Shown piece by piece: positions 9,683-19,184 of a stretch of 64,000 bases of DNA. This DNA is from Candidatus Shapirobacteria bacterium (lineage in GTDB: Bacteria > Patescibacteriota > Microgenomatia > UBA12405): assembly GCA_028704635.1 (NCBI GenBank), contig JAQWFB010000005.1:26223-90222 (forward strand), given 5' to 3'. Numbering within the stretch: the first letter of the stretch is position 1; the number at the start of each line of letters is the position of its first letter. Both the position numbers and the translations under genes were made by a program. Below the pieces are notes generated by a model, which saw only the letters and a program-made list of their open reading frames with translations, ran no database searches and was not told the DNA's origin.

Positions 9683-10633
9683 TTAACATTTTAAATCCTT
9701 ATTGTATTCCATGTCAAACCACATAGCAAATAACACAAATTGTACACCCATTAAAGAACAGAGCATAAATGCCATAAAATTCATTTTAAACATCTCTCCT
9801 GTCAATATCCATAAATAAATAAATCTAATCAAAAGTACTGTACTGAAAAAAACATTTAAAAAACCAGCAAAATAAAATAAAACTAAAGGATGAAAGTCTC
9901 TAATAATATATTTTTCCTTCATTCTCCAAAAAAACATTTTTAGCATCATTTTAGGTATGGTTAAAAAAACTTTTCCAAGTTTAATTCCAGATTTTTCTCC
10001 AACCCCATAAGTAGGTTCGATTGGGACATCGCAAACTTTTGCATTATAAACATTTAATCTAACCAATAAATCATTTGGCTGCCCATACCTCTTATACATT
10101 TTATCCCAATCAATAAGTTTTAACATTTTACTATTAATTGCCGTATATCCGGTCTGAGAATCCATTATATGCCAATAACCAGAAGCGACCTTAGTACAAA
10201 AAGATAAAATAGAATTTCCTAAATATCTTACTCTGGGTATTTTTTCATAAGCTTCATCAGATAGTAACCTATTCGCCTTTGAATAATCAACTATATTGTC
10301 AACAACTGGATCTAATATTGCCGGTAAATCTTTTGGTAACATTTGTCCATCACCCGCCATAACCACCGCCACATCTATTTTATTATCACGACACCATTTA
10401 TAACCGCTAGCTATTGCTCCACCAACCCCTTCATTAACACTGTGTTTTATTAAAACCACTCGCGTACCCCTTTTTCTCAATAATTCGATCTGAACAACAG
10501 TATTGTCCTTACTTTTATCATCAATAATAATAATTTTGTCTATAAACTTTGGCATTGTTTCAACAACCTTACCAATTTGTTTTCCCTCGTTATAACAAGG
10601 CACAACTACCCCAATTATTTTATTTTTATACAT
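9683..10633 (-). CDS. GT2 polyprenyl-phosphate sugar synthase (GtrB/ArnC/DPM1-like) with C-terminal TM helices
   Basis: VVVPCYNEGKQIGKVVE...IIIDDKSKDNT GT-A fold with DxD; two C-terminal hydrophobic helices. Confidence 0.75.
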   Translation of the reverse strand: MYKNKIIGVVVPCYNEGKQIGKVVETMPKFIDKIIIIDDKSKDNTVVQIELLRKRGTRVVLIKHSVNEGVGGAIASGYKWCRDNKIDVAVVMAGDGQMLPKDLPAILDPVVDNIVDYSKANRLLSDEAYEKIPRVRYLGNSILSFCTKVASGYWHIMDSQTGYTAINSKMLKLIDWDKMYKRYGQPNDLLVRLNVYNAKVCDVPIEPTYGVGEKSGIKLGKVFLTIPKMMLKMFFWRMKEKYIIRDFHPLVLFYFAGFLNVFFSTVLLIRFIYLWILTGEMFKMNFMAFMLCSLMGVQFVLFAMWFDMEYNKDLKC

Positions 10634-11747
10634 ATTTTTTAATTAATTTTACAATGTCAATTATTTTTTTATCATCCAACTCTGCATAAATTGGCAAACT
10701 TAAAACCTCACCACACATTTTCTCTACCACCGGCAAAGATCCTTTTTTAATTTTTAAATATTCAAACGCCTTCAAAAAATGTAGGGGCAGGGGATAATAA
10801 ATCATTGATGAAACATTATTTTCTTCCAAATATTTTTTAAGTTCATCTCTTTTTCCATTTTTAATTTTCAAAGTATATTGATGATAAACATGCTTTGTTT
10901 TTTTGTCTAAATTATATTTTGGAACTTCTATGCTATTAATATCTCCCAATAATTTATTATAAATATCCGCAATATTTTGTCTGCTTTTATTCCACTTATT
11001 TAAATATTTTAATTTAACACTCAAAATTGCAGCTTGAATCCCATCTAGTCGACTACTTACCCCAATTTCATCATTAAAATATTTAATTTTTGAACCGTGA
11101 TTTCTTAACATTTTTATTTTCTCAGCTATTTTTTCATTATTAGTTACCACCATTCCACCATCACCGTAACCATTTAAATTTTTCGATGGAAAAAAACTAA
11201 AACAACCAACATCACCTAACCCACCAACCTTTTTACCGTCATATTCAGCCCCAATCGCTTGGCAGGCATCTTCTATAACAAATAATTTATATTTTTTAGC
11301 TATTTCAAGTATTTTATCCATGTTTGCTGGCAATCCAAATAAATGAACTGGAATTATAGCCTTAGTTTTATTAGTGATTTTTTCTTCAATTAGATTTTCA
11401 TCAATATTAAAAGTATTAGGGTCTATATCAACAAACACTGGTTTGGCGCCTAATCTAGTAATTACCTCAGCTGTGGCAAAAAAAGTAAATGGAGTAGTAA
11501 TTACCTCATCACCCTCTTTTATTCCCAAAGCCCACAAAGCTAAATACAATGCATCAGTACCAGAGTTTAAACCTAAAGCATATTTAGTATCACAATATTC
11601 GGCCATTTCTTTTTCAAATTTTTCAACATAAAAACCCCCAATAAAAGCACTGTCTTTAATTACCGACTCAATTGCTCCATTTATTTCTTTTTTAATTAAT
11701 TTATATTGAGTATATAAATCCACCATCTGTATTTTTTTTGTAATCAT
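10626..11747 (-). CDS. wbpE: DegT-family aminotransferase, WbpE/WlbC-like (UDP-2-acetamido-2-deoxy-3-oxo-glucuronate aminotransferase)
   Basis: DegT family motifs; in operon with WbpA/WbpB/WbpD-like genes. Confidence 0.75.
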   Translation of the reverse strand: MITKKIQMVDLYTQYKLIKKEINGAIESVIKDSAFIGGFYVEKFEKEMAEYCDTKYALGLNSGTDALYLALWALGIKEGDEVITTPFTFFATAEVITRLGAKPVFVDIDPNTFNIDENLIEEKITNKTKAIIPVHLFGLPANMDKILEIAKKYKLFVIEDACQAIGAEYDGKKVGGLGDVGCFSFFPSKNLNGYGDGGMVVTNNEKIAEKIKMLRNHGSKIKYFNDEIGVSSRLDGIQAAILSVKLKYLNKWNKSRQNIADIYNKLLGDINSIEVPKYNLDKKTKHVYHQYTLKIKNGKRDELKKYLEENNVSSMIYYPLPLHFLKAFEYLKIKKGSLPVVEKMCGEVLSLPIYAELDDKKIIDIVKLIKKYV

Positions 11748-12313
11748 TTTATCTCTCTAACAATTAAATCGTTCTTTTCATATTTTCTACCGCATTTTTT
11801 ACACTCGGTCATTTCAAATTCATTTGGCAATTTCTCTCCACATTCACAAATCCAACCTTTTAATTTGGCCGGGTTTCCATAAATGACGGAATAATCCAAA
11901 ACATCTTTTGTCACTACACTTCCAGCCCCAATAAGTGCCCATTTACCAACTTTTATTCCACAAACCACCGTACAATTTGCTCCAAAAGTTACTCCTTCTT
12001 CAACAATTGTTTTTACAAATTGCCTGTTTTTAGGATATTTAGCTCTAGGATTCAAATCATTAGTAAAAGTCATTGATGGACCACAAAATACATTATCAGT
12101 CATAATAACCCCCTCATAGATATTTACATTATTTTGTATTTTACAACCATTTCCAATTTCTCCCGCAATAAAACAATTTTGTCCAACAATACAGTCTTTT
12201 CCAATAATTGCATTACTCATCACATGGCTATTATGCCACACTTTACTTCCATCACCAATTTGAGCTCCCTCATCAATAAATGCACTTTTATGACAAAAAA
12301 AGTCTTGTTTCAT
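11744..12313 (-). CDS. wbpD: Hexapeptide-repeat N-acetyltransferase, WbpD/WlbB-like, with a C-terminal CxxC..CxxC zinc-ribbon extension
   Basis: Left-handed beta-helix hexapeptide repeats; C-terminal ..CECGEKL..ECKKCGRKY..; operon context. Confidence 0.7.
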   Translation of the reverse strand: MKQDFFCHKSAFIDEGAQIGDGSKVWHNSHVMSNAIIGKDCIVGQNCFIAGEIGNGCKIQNNVNIYEGVIMTDNVFCGPSMTFTNDLNPRAKYPKNRQFVKTIVEEGVTFGANCTVVCGIKVGKWALIGAGSVVTKDVLDYSVIYGNPAKLKGWICECGEKLPNEFEMTECKKCGRKYEKNDLIVREIK

Positions 12314-12315
12314 AT

Positions 12316-13596
12316 TTATCTACCAATTCCTTTATAAATAATTCCCATTTTTTTGATTTGATCCCTGTCTAAACAATTTTTTCCATCTACCACAATTTTA
12401 ACCTTAGAGTTGGATAAAATAACAGGTAGACTATTAATAAATTCTTGATGCCCAGTACCAATAATAATTGTTTGCATCCCGTCAATAGCGTCTTCAAGGC
12501 AATTATATTTTCCTTTAATATAAGGATCATATGTTTCTATTAGAATATCTAAAGATTCCAAAATTTCTTTTATCTTCATAGAAGGACTTTCTCTTATGTC
12601 GGCCACATTAGCTTTATAAGTCAAACCTAAAAGAACCACTTTTGTTTTTTTAAGTGGCATATTCAGTTTCTTCATTTCTTTAATTAATTTATCCACAGTA
12701 TATTGAGGCATACCATTATTTATTTCCCGAGCTACTTTTAAAAACCTATGATCAAATCCACTCAAGGCTGCTCTCTTTATTAAATAATAAGGATCAACTG
12801 CAATACAATGACCACCAACCCCACAACCAGGCCAATGCGCCATAAAAGCAAATGGTTTATTAGAAGAGGCCTCAATAGTTTCTTTTAAATCTATCCCCAT
12901 CGCATCAAAAGACATTGCTAATTCATTTACATAAGCAATATTAATATCTCTAAAAGTATTTTCTACAATTTTAGTAGCTTCAGCAACTTTTAAAGAACTC
13001 ACCTCATTTACTTTGGCATCAGTTATAAATGTTCTATAAAACTCAGCTATTTGTTTATTAAATTTTTTATTTATTGATCCTATATTTCGGTTAATATTGT
13101 AAACATTCCATCTTGGATCACCAGGATTTATTCTCTCCGGGCAATGAGCTAAATTTATATCTTTTCCAACTTTGTATTTTGTTAGGCTTTCAATAATAGG
13201 TAATAATCTCTCTTCGCAAGTACCTGGATTTACAGTTGATTCAAGTACAATGTGACAACCCTTTTTAATATATTTACACACCAATTTTATTGCCGATTCC
13301 ACTAAACTATAATCTGGTTCATAATTATCATCAATCGGAGTAGGTACACAAATAATAAAAACATTGGAATCCTTTAAAACAACTTCATCTAAAGACACAT
13401 TTAATTTATTATCTCTAAGGTATAAAGTTACTTCCTTATCGCCAATTGGATTTATTCCTTTCTTAATATCATTTATCTTTTTTTTGTTTAAATCAAATCC
13501 AACTGTTTCGTATAATTTTGTCTTGGCAATGGCCACTAAAGTAGGTAAACCAACATATCCTAACCCTACCACAGCAACTTTTTTAATTTTTTTCAT
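12316..13596 (-). CDS. wbpA: UDP-N-acetyl-D-glucosamine (or mannosamine) 6-dehydrogenase, WbpA/WecC-like
   Basis: N-terminal VAVVGLGYVGLP NAD fold and catalytic Cys region (..GCGVGGHC..) of the UDP-glucose/GDP-mannose dehydrogenase family. Confidence 0.75.
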   Translation of the reverse strand: MKKIKKVAVVGLGYVGLPTLVAIAKTKLYETVGFDLNKKKINDIKKGINPIGDKEVTLYLRDNKLNVSLDEVVLKDSNVFIICVPTPIDDNYEPDYSLVESAIKLVCKYIKKGCHIVLESTVNPGTCEERLLPIIESLTKYKVGKDINLAHCPERINPGDPRWNVYNINRNIGSINKKFNKQIAEFYRTFITDAKVNEVSSLKVAEATKIVENTFRDINIAYVNELAMSFDAMGIDLKETIEASSNKPFAFMAHWPGCGVGGHCIAVDPYYLIKRAALSGFDHRFLKVAREINNGMPQYTVDKLIKEMKKLNMPLKKTKVVLLGLTYKANVADIRESPSMKIKEILESLDILIETYDPYIKGKYNCLEDAIDGMQTIIIGTGHQEFINSLPVILSNSKVKIVVDGKNCLDRDQIKKMGIIYKGIGR

Positions 13597-14719
13597 TATT
13601 TTTTTTATTAACCATTTCTAATGTACTAAATTTATTAAGAGGTAAACTTATTGGTTTTCCTGTAAGAGATGATTTGTAAATTGATAATATTACTTCAAGT
13701 GCTTTTTTTCCTTCTACTCCACTTACTAAAGGCTCTCTACTTTTTCTAATTGCCTCAATCATATCTTTATATAATTCAATATGTCCAAAACCATAAATAT
13801 TAGGTGGTTCTTCCTCGCCGTCAATATTATCATTTTTATCATTATCTTTAAAATTCCACACCTCCACTTTATTTACCGATTTACCACCAATCTTAACTGT
13901 TCCTTTTTCTCCAAAAATACATAAAGTTTCTTCCAAATTTTGAGGGTATACATTTACAGTTCCCTCTATTATTCCAAAACTTCCATTTTTAAATTTAATT
14001 AATCCCACCCCTAAATCTTCACCTTTTATATATGGATGATTGAAATTTTTTGTATAAGCAAATACTTGATCTACTTCGCTATCCATCATCCAAACTAATA
14101 AATCAATATTATGGATACACTGGTTCATCAAAGCACCACCATCATGCTCCCAAGTGCCTCTCCAATTAGCTTGCTTATAATAACTTTCATCCCTGTTCCA
14201 CCTAATATTTGCCACCCCATGGAATAATTTTCCAAATCTATCTTTTTCCAAAGCCTTTCTTAATTTTTGAATCGATTTATTAAATCTGTTCTGGTGCGAC
14301 ACACACAATTTAACTCCTTTTAGTTTGGCCGCCTCAATCATCCTATCGGCGTCTTCTATTGATAACGCCATTGGTTTTTCAACTATTACATTTATTCCTT
14401 TATTAAGACAATCAATTGCAATTGATGCATGAGATCCACTTTCTGTTGCAACTACAACCAAATCTAAATTTTCTTTTTCAATCATTTCCTGATGTGTTTT
14501 ATATATTTTTACTTTTCCAAACAAATCTTCCATTTCACTTTTTTCTAACAATGTTTTAGCATTTTCTACATTTATATCAGCCACACAAACAAATTCTAAT
14601 TCATTTTTATTTTCTATTAAGGCATTTATATGATTCAAAGAAATTCTTCCGCAACCCACCAATCCATACCTCAATTTTCTTTTATTTGCTGATTTCTCCA
14701 TAATGAACCATTCTAACAA
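13583..14719 (-). CDS. wbpB: Gfo/Idh/MocA-family oxidoreductase, WbpB/WlbA-like (UDP-GlcNAcA 3-dehydrogenase)
   Basis: N-terminal LRYGLVGCGRIS.. Rossmann fold of the GFO_IDH_MocA family; first gene of the minus-strand wbp-like operon. Confidence 0.7.
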   Translation of the reverse strand: MLEWFIMEKSANKRKLRYGLVGCGRISLNHINALIENKNELEFVCVADINVENAKTLLEKSEMEDLFGKVKIYKTHQEMIEKENLDLVVVATESGSHASIAIDCLNKGINVIVEKPMALSIEDADRMIEAAKLKGVKLCVSHQNRFNKSIQKLRKALEKDRFGKLFHGVANIRWNRDESYYKQANWRGTWEHDGGALMNQCIHNIDLLVWMMDSEVDQVFAYTKNFNHPYIKGEDLGVGLIKFKNGSFGIIEGTVNVYPQNLEETLCIFGEKGTVKIGGKSVNKVEVWNFKDNDKNDNIDGEEEPPNIYGFGHIELYKDMIEAIRKSREPLVSGVEGKKALEVILSIYKSSLTGKPISLPLNKFSTLEMVNKKNNEKN

Positions 14720-14845
14720 AATTCTATAAAATTTACTAATAAAAAAAGATTTTAAAATAGATTTAATTTTTTTATTTTTATGCTACAATATCCTATAAAA
14801 GTAAAAGCACTTTTAAAAACAAAAGGAAGATGGGGGTTTTAAAAA

Positions 14846-15076
14846 ATGGCCAGCAATGAAAAAAAACTGTTGGGAGAAGAAAAACTCGGCAAAGGTGGTA
14901 GGATTTCTCAAGCACTAAAACCCAAGAAAAAGAAAAGATTTCTTACTCTTGAGGAAATTCACCGAGAAACAAACCTACCTCTAGAAACAGTTGAAAACTA
15001 TGTTTTAAAAGAGCATCCCAATAATTTCATTAAAAAAGTTGTTGGTAATGAAACAAAGTACACTTTAAAAGACTAG
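14846..15076 (+). CDS. Small Lys-rich protein (76 aa) with a possible helix-turn-helix
   Basis: G-rich SD-like element 9 nt upstream; ..LTLEEIHRETNLPLETVENYV.. resembles an HTH; divergent from the wbp-like operon. Confidence 0.4.
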   Translation: MASNEKKLLGEEKLGKGGRISQALKPKKKKRFLTLEEIHRETNLPLETVENYVLKEHPNNFIKKVVGNETKYTLKD

Positions 15077-15104
15077 CCAATAAATAAAAATATCCCTTTT
15101 AATC

Positions 15105-15159
15105 GCCGTCAGGTTTATGTAAACTCATTTGTTTATATATTCCTGCCGGCCTTTTTTTT
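15105..15159 (+). terminator. Candidate intrinsic terminator (GC stem gccgtcagg/cctgccggc with an AT inner stem, then T8)
   Basis: Seen directly; lies 30 nt downstream of the 76-aa ORF. Confidence 0.35.
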
Positions 15160-15212
15160 GTTAAATAAGTCTAAATTTGAACTGAAAGGCCAAATTTTGT
15201 CTATTTATCAAA

Positions 15213-15228
15213 CTCCGATTTATCGGAG
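15213..15228. promoter_or_regulatory. 16-bp palindrome CTCCGAT-TT-ATCGGAG upstream of 15266 gene; candidate operator
   Basis: Perfect 7-bp inverted arms; TATAAT at 15252-15257 only ~8 nt before the ATG, suggesting a leaderless or short-leader mRNA. Confidence 0.3.
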
Positions 15229-15265
15229 TATACTAGCTTTCAATATTTTTATACTATAATCACCT

Positions 15266-16669
15266 ATGAAACATTTGAGATTTTTAATTCCTCTAGCATT
15301 AATTTCACTTTTTATTTTTCTGCGTTTTTACAACATTAAAGACTCTTTATTTTTTTTCAATGACGTTGGAAGAGATTTGTTGGTTTTACAAAATTGGCAA
15401 TTATCAGGCAAACCTCCACTTTTAGGACCACAAACAAGTGTTATCCCTTTTAATCAATCGAGTATTTATTTTTACTATCTTTATATTTTTTATATAATCA
15501 CCAACGGTAGCGTTTTTTCCGCCTTATTTGCTAATGCTTTTTTATATATTGCCATGTATATTTTTGGGTTGATTGTTTTTAAAAAAGACAAAAAAATTAC
15601 CACTATTTTAAATATTTCTTTTTTTCTTATTAGTATTCATCCACAATATATCGCTCAAAGTCGTTTTGTTTGGAATCCATCATTAGTAACTCCATTTATA
15701 ATGTCCTCTTTCTTTTCTTTTTATTTATTAACACAAAAATATTCCAAAATTAGGCTTTGGATTTTCTCTCTTTCAATTGCCGCTGCCATCTCCCTCTCTT
15801 ATTCAGTCATACCTTTATTTATCGCAATATTTATTTATTGGTTAATTTTTTATCAAAAATATTTTTTTAAAATATTTTTTTCTATATTTACCTCTTTTTT
15901 ATTTCTAAACATAACCACTGTTTTTTTTGAACTAAGACACAATTTTTTATTAACCAAAAGTCTTTTATTCAAATCTGCTTCACCCCAATCAGGTATTAGT
16001 ATTAATGAAAAATTTAATGATATTGCCAAATTTGTAATTGATTTGCCAAGTCAAAATATTAACCAATATGTTCTTTTAATTTTTGTATTTTTATCAATTA
16101 TCTTAATAACTAGACAATTTAAAAACAAAAATATTACTTTATTTACTAGTTTTATTTTTCTTCTTACTTTTTTGACCTATTTTATCCTTCCAGTGTCTGC
16201 CCAAGCTCATTATGTGTTTCCCATTATTTGTCTTTTATTTATACTTATTACCAGTCAACCAATAATTAGATCAATAATAATAGTTTTTCTTTTATCCCTA
16301 CTTTATTTAACTCCAGCAAATTTAAATTCGTATTTTCAAAAAGCCCCACGTACATATTCTCAAATGGAACAATGTTTCAAAGAATACTGTCAAAAAAACC
16401 CCGAACCAATAAATGTTTCTGTAAGTTCTTCTTATCATCCTTACCACAACGGTCCAGAACATCGCTATTTATTAAAAAAATCAGGTTGTAATGTTCAAGT
16501 TTTAGAAGACGGTCAAAAAGCAAAAACCATGGCATTGGTATTAGACAACAATACTTTTGATCCAGAAAAATCAAATTTTTATGAATTAAGTCTCTTCGGC
16601 CCTTATCAAACCAGAGACACTTTTAATTGTCTCCCTAATTTCCAAATTTTAAATTTAATTAACAAATAA
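15266..16669 (+). CDS. Polytopic membrane protein, GT-C-like (ArnT-like) with a C-terminal soluble domain
   Basis: About 11 hydrophobic segments followed by a Cys-containing soluble tail; glycan-locus context. Confidence 0.4.
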   Translation: MKHLRFLIPLALISLFIFLRFYNIKDSLFFFNDVGRDLLVLQNWQLSGKPPLLGPQTSVIPFNQSSIYFYYLYIFYIITNGSVFSALFANAFLYIAMYIFGLIVFKKDKKITTILNISFFLISIHPQYIAQSRFVWNPSLVTPFIMSSFFSFYLLTQKYSKIRLWIFSLSIAAAISLSYSVIPLFIAIFIYWLIFYQKYFFKIFFSIFTSFLFLNITTVFFELRHNFLLTKSLLFKSASPQSGISINEKFNDIAKFVIDLPSQNINQYVLLIFVFLSIILITRQFKNKNITLFTSFIFLLTFLTYFILPVSAQAHYVFPIICLLFILITSQPIIRSIIIVFLLSLLYLTPANLNSYFQKAPRTYSQMEQCFKEYCQKNPEPINVSVSSSYHPYHNGPEHRYLLKKSGCNVQVLEDGQKAKTMALVLDNNTFDPEKSNFYELSLFGPYQTRDTFNCLPNFQILNLINK

Positions 16670-16739
16670 TCATATCAATTTACTTGAATAATCATATCAT
16701 TATGATGTGATTTTCGGCTTAATATGATATTATCTATTA

Positions 16740-17789
16740 ATGAATAACTTGAATGGCCGACAGTTAAGAATTCTGGAAATTTTAAAGCCAAAACAACCTA
16801 TCGGCCCTAAGGAAATATTAGAAAAATTGAATCAAAAAGTTTCTATTGTCACTATTTCCCGAGACCTTTCCGAATTAGTTGATTTAAAATATCTTTATAG
16901 AAATGGCAATGGACCAGCAACTCAATATTTTCTTTTAGAAAAAGCTTTATTTTTTAGACCAATTGATTATAAAAAATATTTCGAAATCGAAACAGATAAA
17001 AGAGATATTGTTGAAAATTTTAATATGGAAATTTTTACTCAACTTTCTAAACTCTCAATTTTTACCCCAAAAGAACAAACTCAACTGGAAACACTTGATT
17101 TAAAATTTAGAAAAAATTATTCTCAATTATCACCAACTATAATTAAAAAAGAAATTGAAAGAGTAACTATTGAACTCAGTTGGAAATCTAGCGTTATTGA
17201 AGGAAATACCTATTCTCTTTTAGAAACTGAACGCCTAATTAAAGAAGGTACTGAAACAAAAGGTAAAAAGAAAGAAGAAGCTATTATGCTTTTAAATCAC
17301 AAAAAAGCTTTAGATTTTGTTTTTGAAAATAAAAAACTATTCAAAATGATTAACCGTTCTAAAATTGAACAATTACATAAAATAATTACCCAAGATTTAG
17401 GTATAACTAATAATCTTAGAAAAACTCTGGTAGGAATTACTGGCACCAAATTTAAACCATTAGATAATCAGTTTCAAATTATAGAAGCAATCGACAAATT
17501 CTGTGATTTAATTAATAATACTCAAAATATTTTTACTAAGTCTTTATTTTCAATTATTCTTCTAAGCTATATTCAACCATTTGAAGATGGCAACAAGCGT
17601 ACCAGTCGAATTTTAGGCAATGCTATCCTTATTGCCGACAATAGTTTTCCTTTACCTTTAAGAAGTGTTGATGAAAATCTTTATAAAGAAGCCACTTTGC
17701 TTTTTTATGAACAAAACAATTTAAATTTATTTAAACAAATGTTTTTAGATCAATGCAATTTTTCAGTTGAAAATTATTTTAGAATTTAA
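16740..17789 (+). CDS. Fic/DOC-family protein with an N-terminal winged HTH and a degenerate Fic motif (QPFEDGNKRTSR)
   Basis: Fic core ..SYIQPFEDGNKRTSRILGNAIL.. versus consensus HPFx[DE]GNGRxxR; N-terminal ..LRILEIL..ISRDLSEL.. wHTH. Confidence 0.7.
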   Translation: MNNLNGRQLRILEILKPKQPIGPKEILEKLNQKVSIVTISRDLSELVDLKYLYRNGNGPATQYFLLEKALFFRPIDYKKYFEIETDKRDIVENFNMEIFTQLSKLSIFTPKEQTQLETLDLKFRKNYSQLSPTIIKKEIERVTIELSWKSSVIEGNTYSLLETERLIKEGTETKGKKKEEAIMLLNHKKALDFVFENKKLFKMINRSKIEQLHKIITQDLGITNNLRKTLVGITGTKFKPLDNQFQIIEAIDKFCDLINNTQNIFTKSLFSIILLSYIQPFEDGNKRTSRILGNAILIADNSFPLPLRSVDENLYKEATLLFYEQNNLNLFKQMFLDQCNFSVENYFRI

Positions 17790-17798
17790 TATATCTAT

Positions 17799-19094
17799 AT
17801 GAAAAAAATAGCAGTTATTGGAGTTGGTTATGTTGGATTGGTTACCAGTACTTGTTTTGCTGAACTTGGTAATCAAGTAATTGGTATTGATATTGATCAA
17901 AAAAAAATAGACAACTTAAATAAAGGTATTATCCCAATTTATGAAGAAGGTCTCACTGATTTAGTCAAAAAAAACCGTAAATCAGGTAATTTATTCTTTA
18001 CCACTGATATTACTAAAGCTGTTAAAACTTCTGACATTATTTTCATTGCGGTTGGCACTCCACCAATGGCGGACGGCAGCGTCAATTTGGATTATGTCAA
18101 AAGCGTTGCCGAATCTATTGGCAAAGCCATAAACGGCTATAAAGTAATTATTAATAAATCCACTGTTCCAATTGGCACCGGCAACATCGTAAAAATAATA
18201 ATTTCCAAAAAATATAAAGGTGACTTTGATGTTGTTTCCAATCCAGAATTTTTAAAAGAGGGGACAGCTGTTTCTGATTTTATGAATCCCGACAGAATTG
18301 TGGTTGGAACTGATTCCGTAAAAGCTCAAAAAATTGTCAACGATCTCTATGCTTCCCAAAATTCAACTATTATTAATACCGACATCAAAACCGCTGAATT
18401 AATTAAATATGCTTCCAATGCCTTCTTAGCCACTGAAATTTCCTTCATAAATTCCATCGCTAATATTTGTGAAAAAATTGGTGCTGATGTCACTAAAGTG
18501 TCCGAAGGAATGAAACTCGATCAGCGAATTGGCAAAAAAGCTTTTCTAAACGCCGGTATTGGCTATGGTGGCAGCTGTTTTCCTAAAGATGTTAAGGGGT
18601 TAATTCAAATTGCTCACGAAAATAATGTCCGTTTTAGTATTCTCGATGCTGTCGAAGATACTAATTCCGCTCAAAAACAATCTCTTATTCCAAAAATTCA
18701 ATCTCTTCTTGGTGATGATTTACACGACAAAAACATCACTGTTTGGGGACTAGCTTTCAAACCGAACACCGATGATGTTCGTGAAGCTCCATCTCTAGTT
18801 ATTATTAAACAGCTTCTCGATCGCAACGCCAAAATTACTGTTGTTGATCCCATTGCCACCGAACAAGCCAAACTAATTTTAGGCGACACTGTAATTTATG
18901 AAGAAAATTTAATTAAATCAGTTTCCGGTGCTGATTGTTTAATTATTGCCACAGAATGGGCGGAATTTAAAAATGTTGATTTAAAACAAATTAAAAAAGC
19001 AATGAAAAAAGCCAATATTGTTGATGGTCGTAATATTTTTAATAAAAAAGAAATGAAAGTTTTTGGTTTTAAATATCTTTCTGTTGGTAGATAA
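17799..19094 (+). CDS. ugd: UDP-glucose 6-dehydrogenase
   Basis: MKKIAVIGVGYVGL NAD fold and the ..GYGGSCFPKD.. catalytic Cys motif. Confidence 0.85.
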   Translation: MKKIAVIGVGYVGLVTSTCFAELGNQVIGIDIDQKKIDNLNKGIIPIYEEGLTDLVKKNRKSGNLFFTTDITKAVKTSDIIFIAVGTPPMADGSVNLDYVKSVAESIGKAINGYKVIINKSTVPIGTGNIVKIIISKKYKGDFDVVSNPEFLKEGTAVSDFMNPDRIVVGTDSVKAQKIVNDLYASQNSTIINTDIKTAELIKYASNAFLATEISFINSIANICEKIGADVTKVSEGMKLDQRIGKKAFLNAGIGYGGSCFPKDVKGLIQIAHENNVRFSILDAVEDTNSAQKQSLIPKIQSLLGDDLHDKNITVWGLAFKPNTDDVREAPSLVIIKQLLDRNAKITVVDPIATEQAKLILGDTVIYEENLIKSVSGADCLIIATEWAEFKNVDLKQIKKAMKKANIVDGRNIFNKKEMKVFGFKYLSVGR

Positions 19095-19112
19095 TTTTTA
19101 AATATCCTATAA

Positions 19113-19141
19113 TTGACATTTTCTTCCATTAGATTTAATAT
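19113..19141 (+). promoter_or_regulatory. Sigma70-like promoter TTGACA-17-TAATAT upstream of pgk
   Basis: TTGACA at 19113-19118, 17-nt spacer, TAATAT at 19136-19141; AAGGAAGG SD before the ATG at 19185. Confidence 0.4.
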
Positions 19142-19184
19142 CAGCCAAAGCTCATTAACAATCTAAATAATAAAAAAGGAAGGA

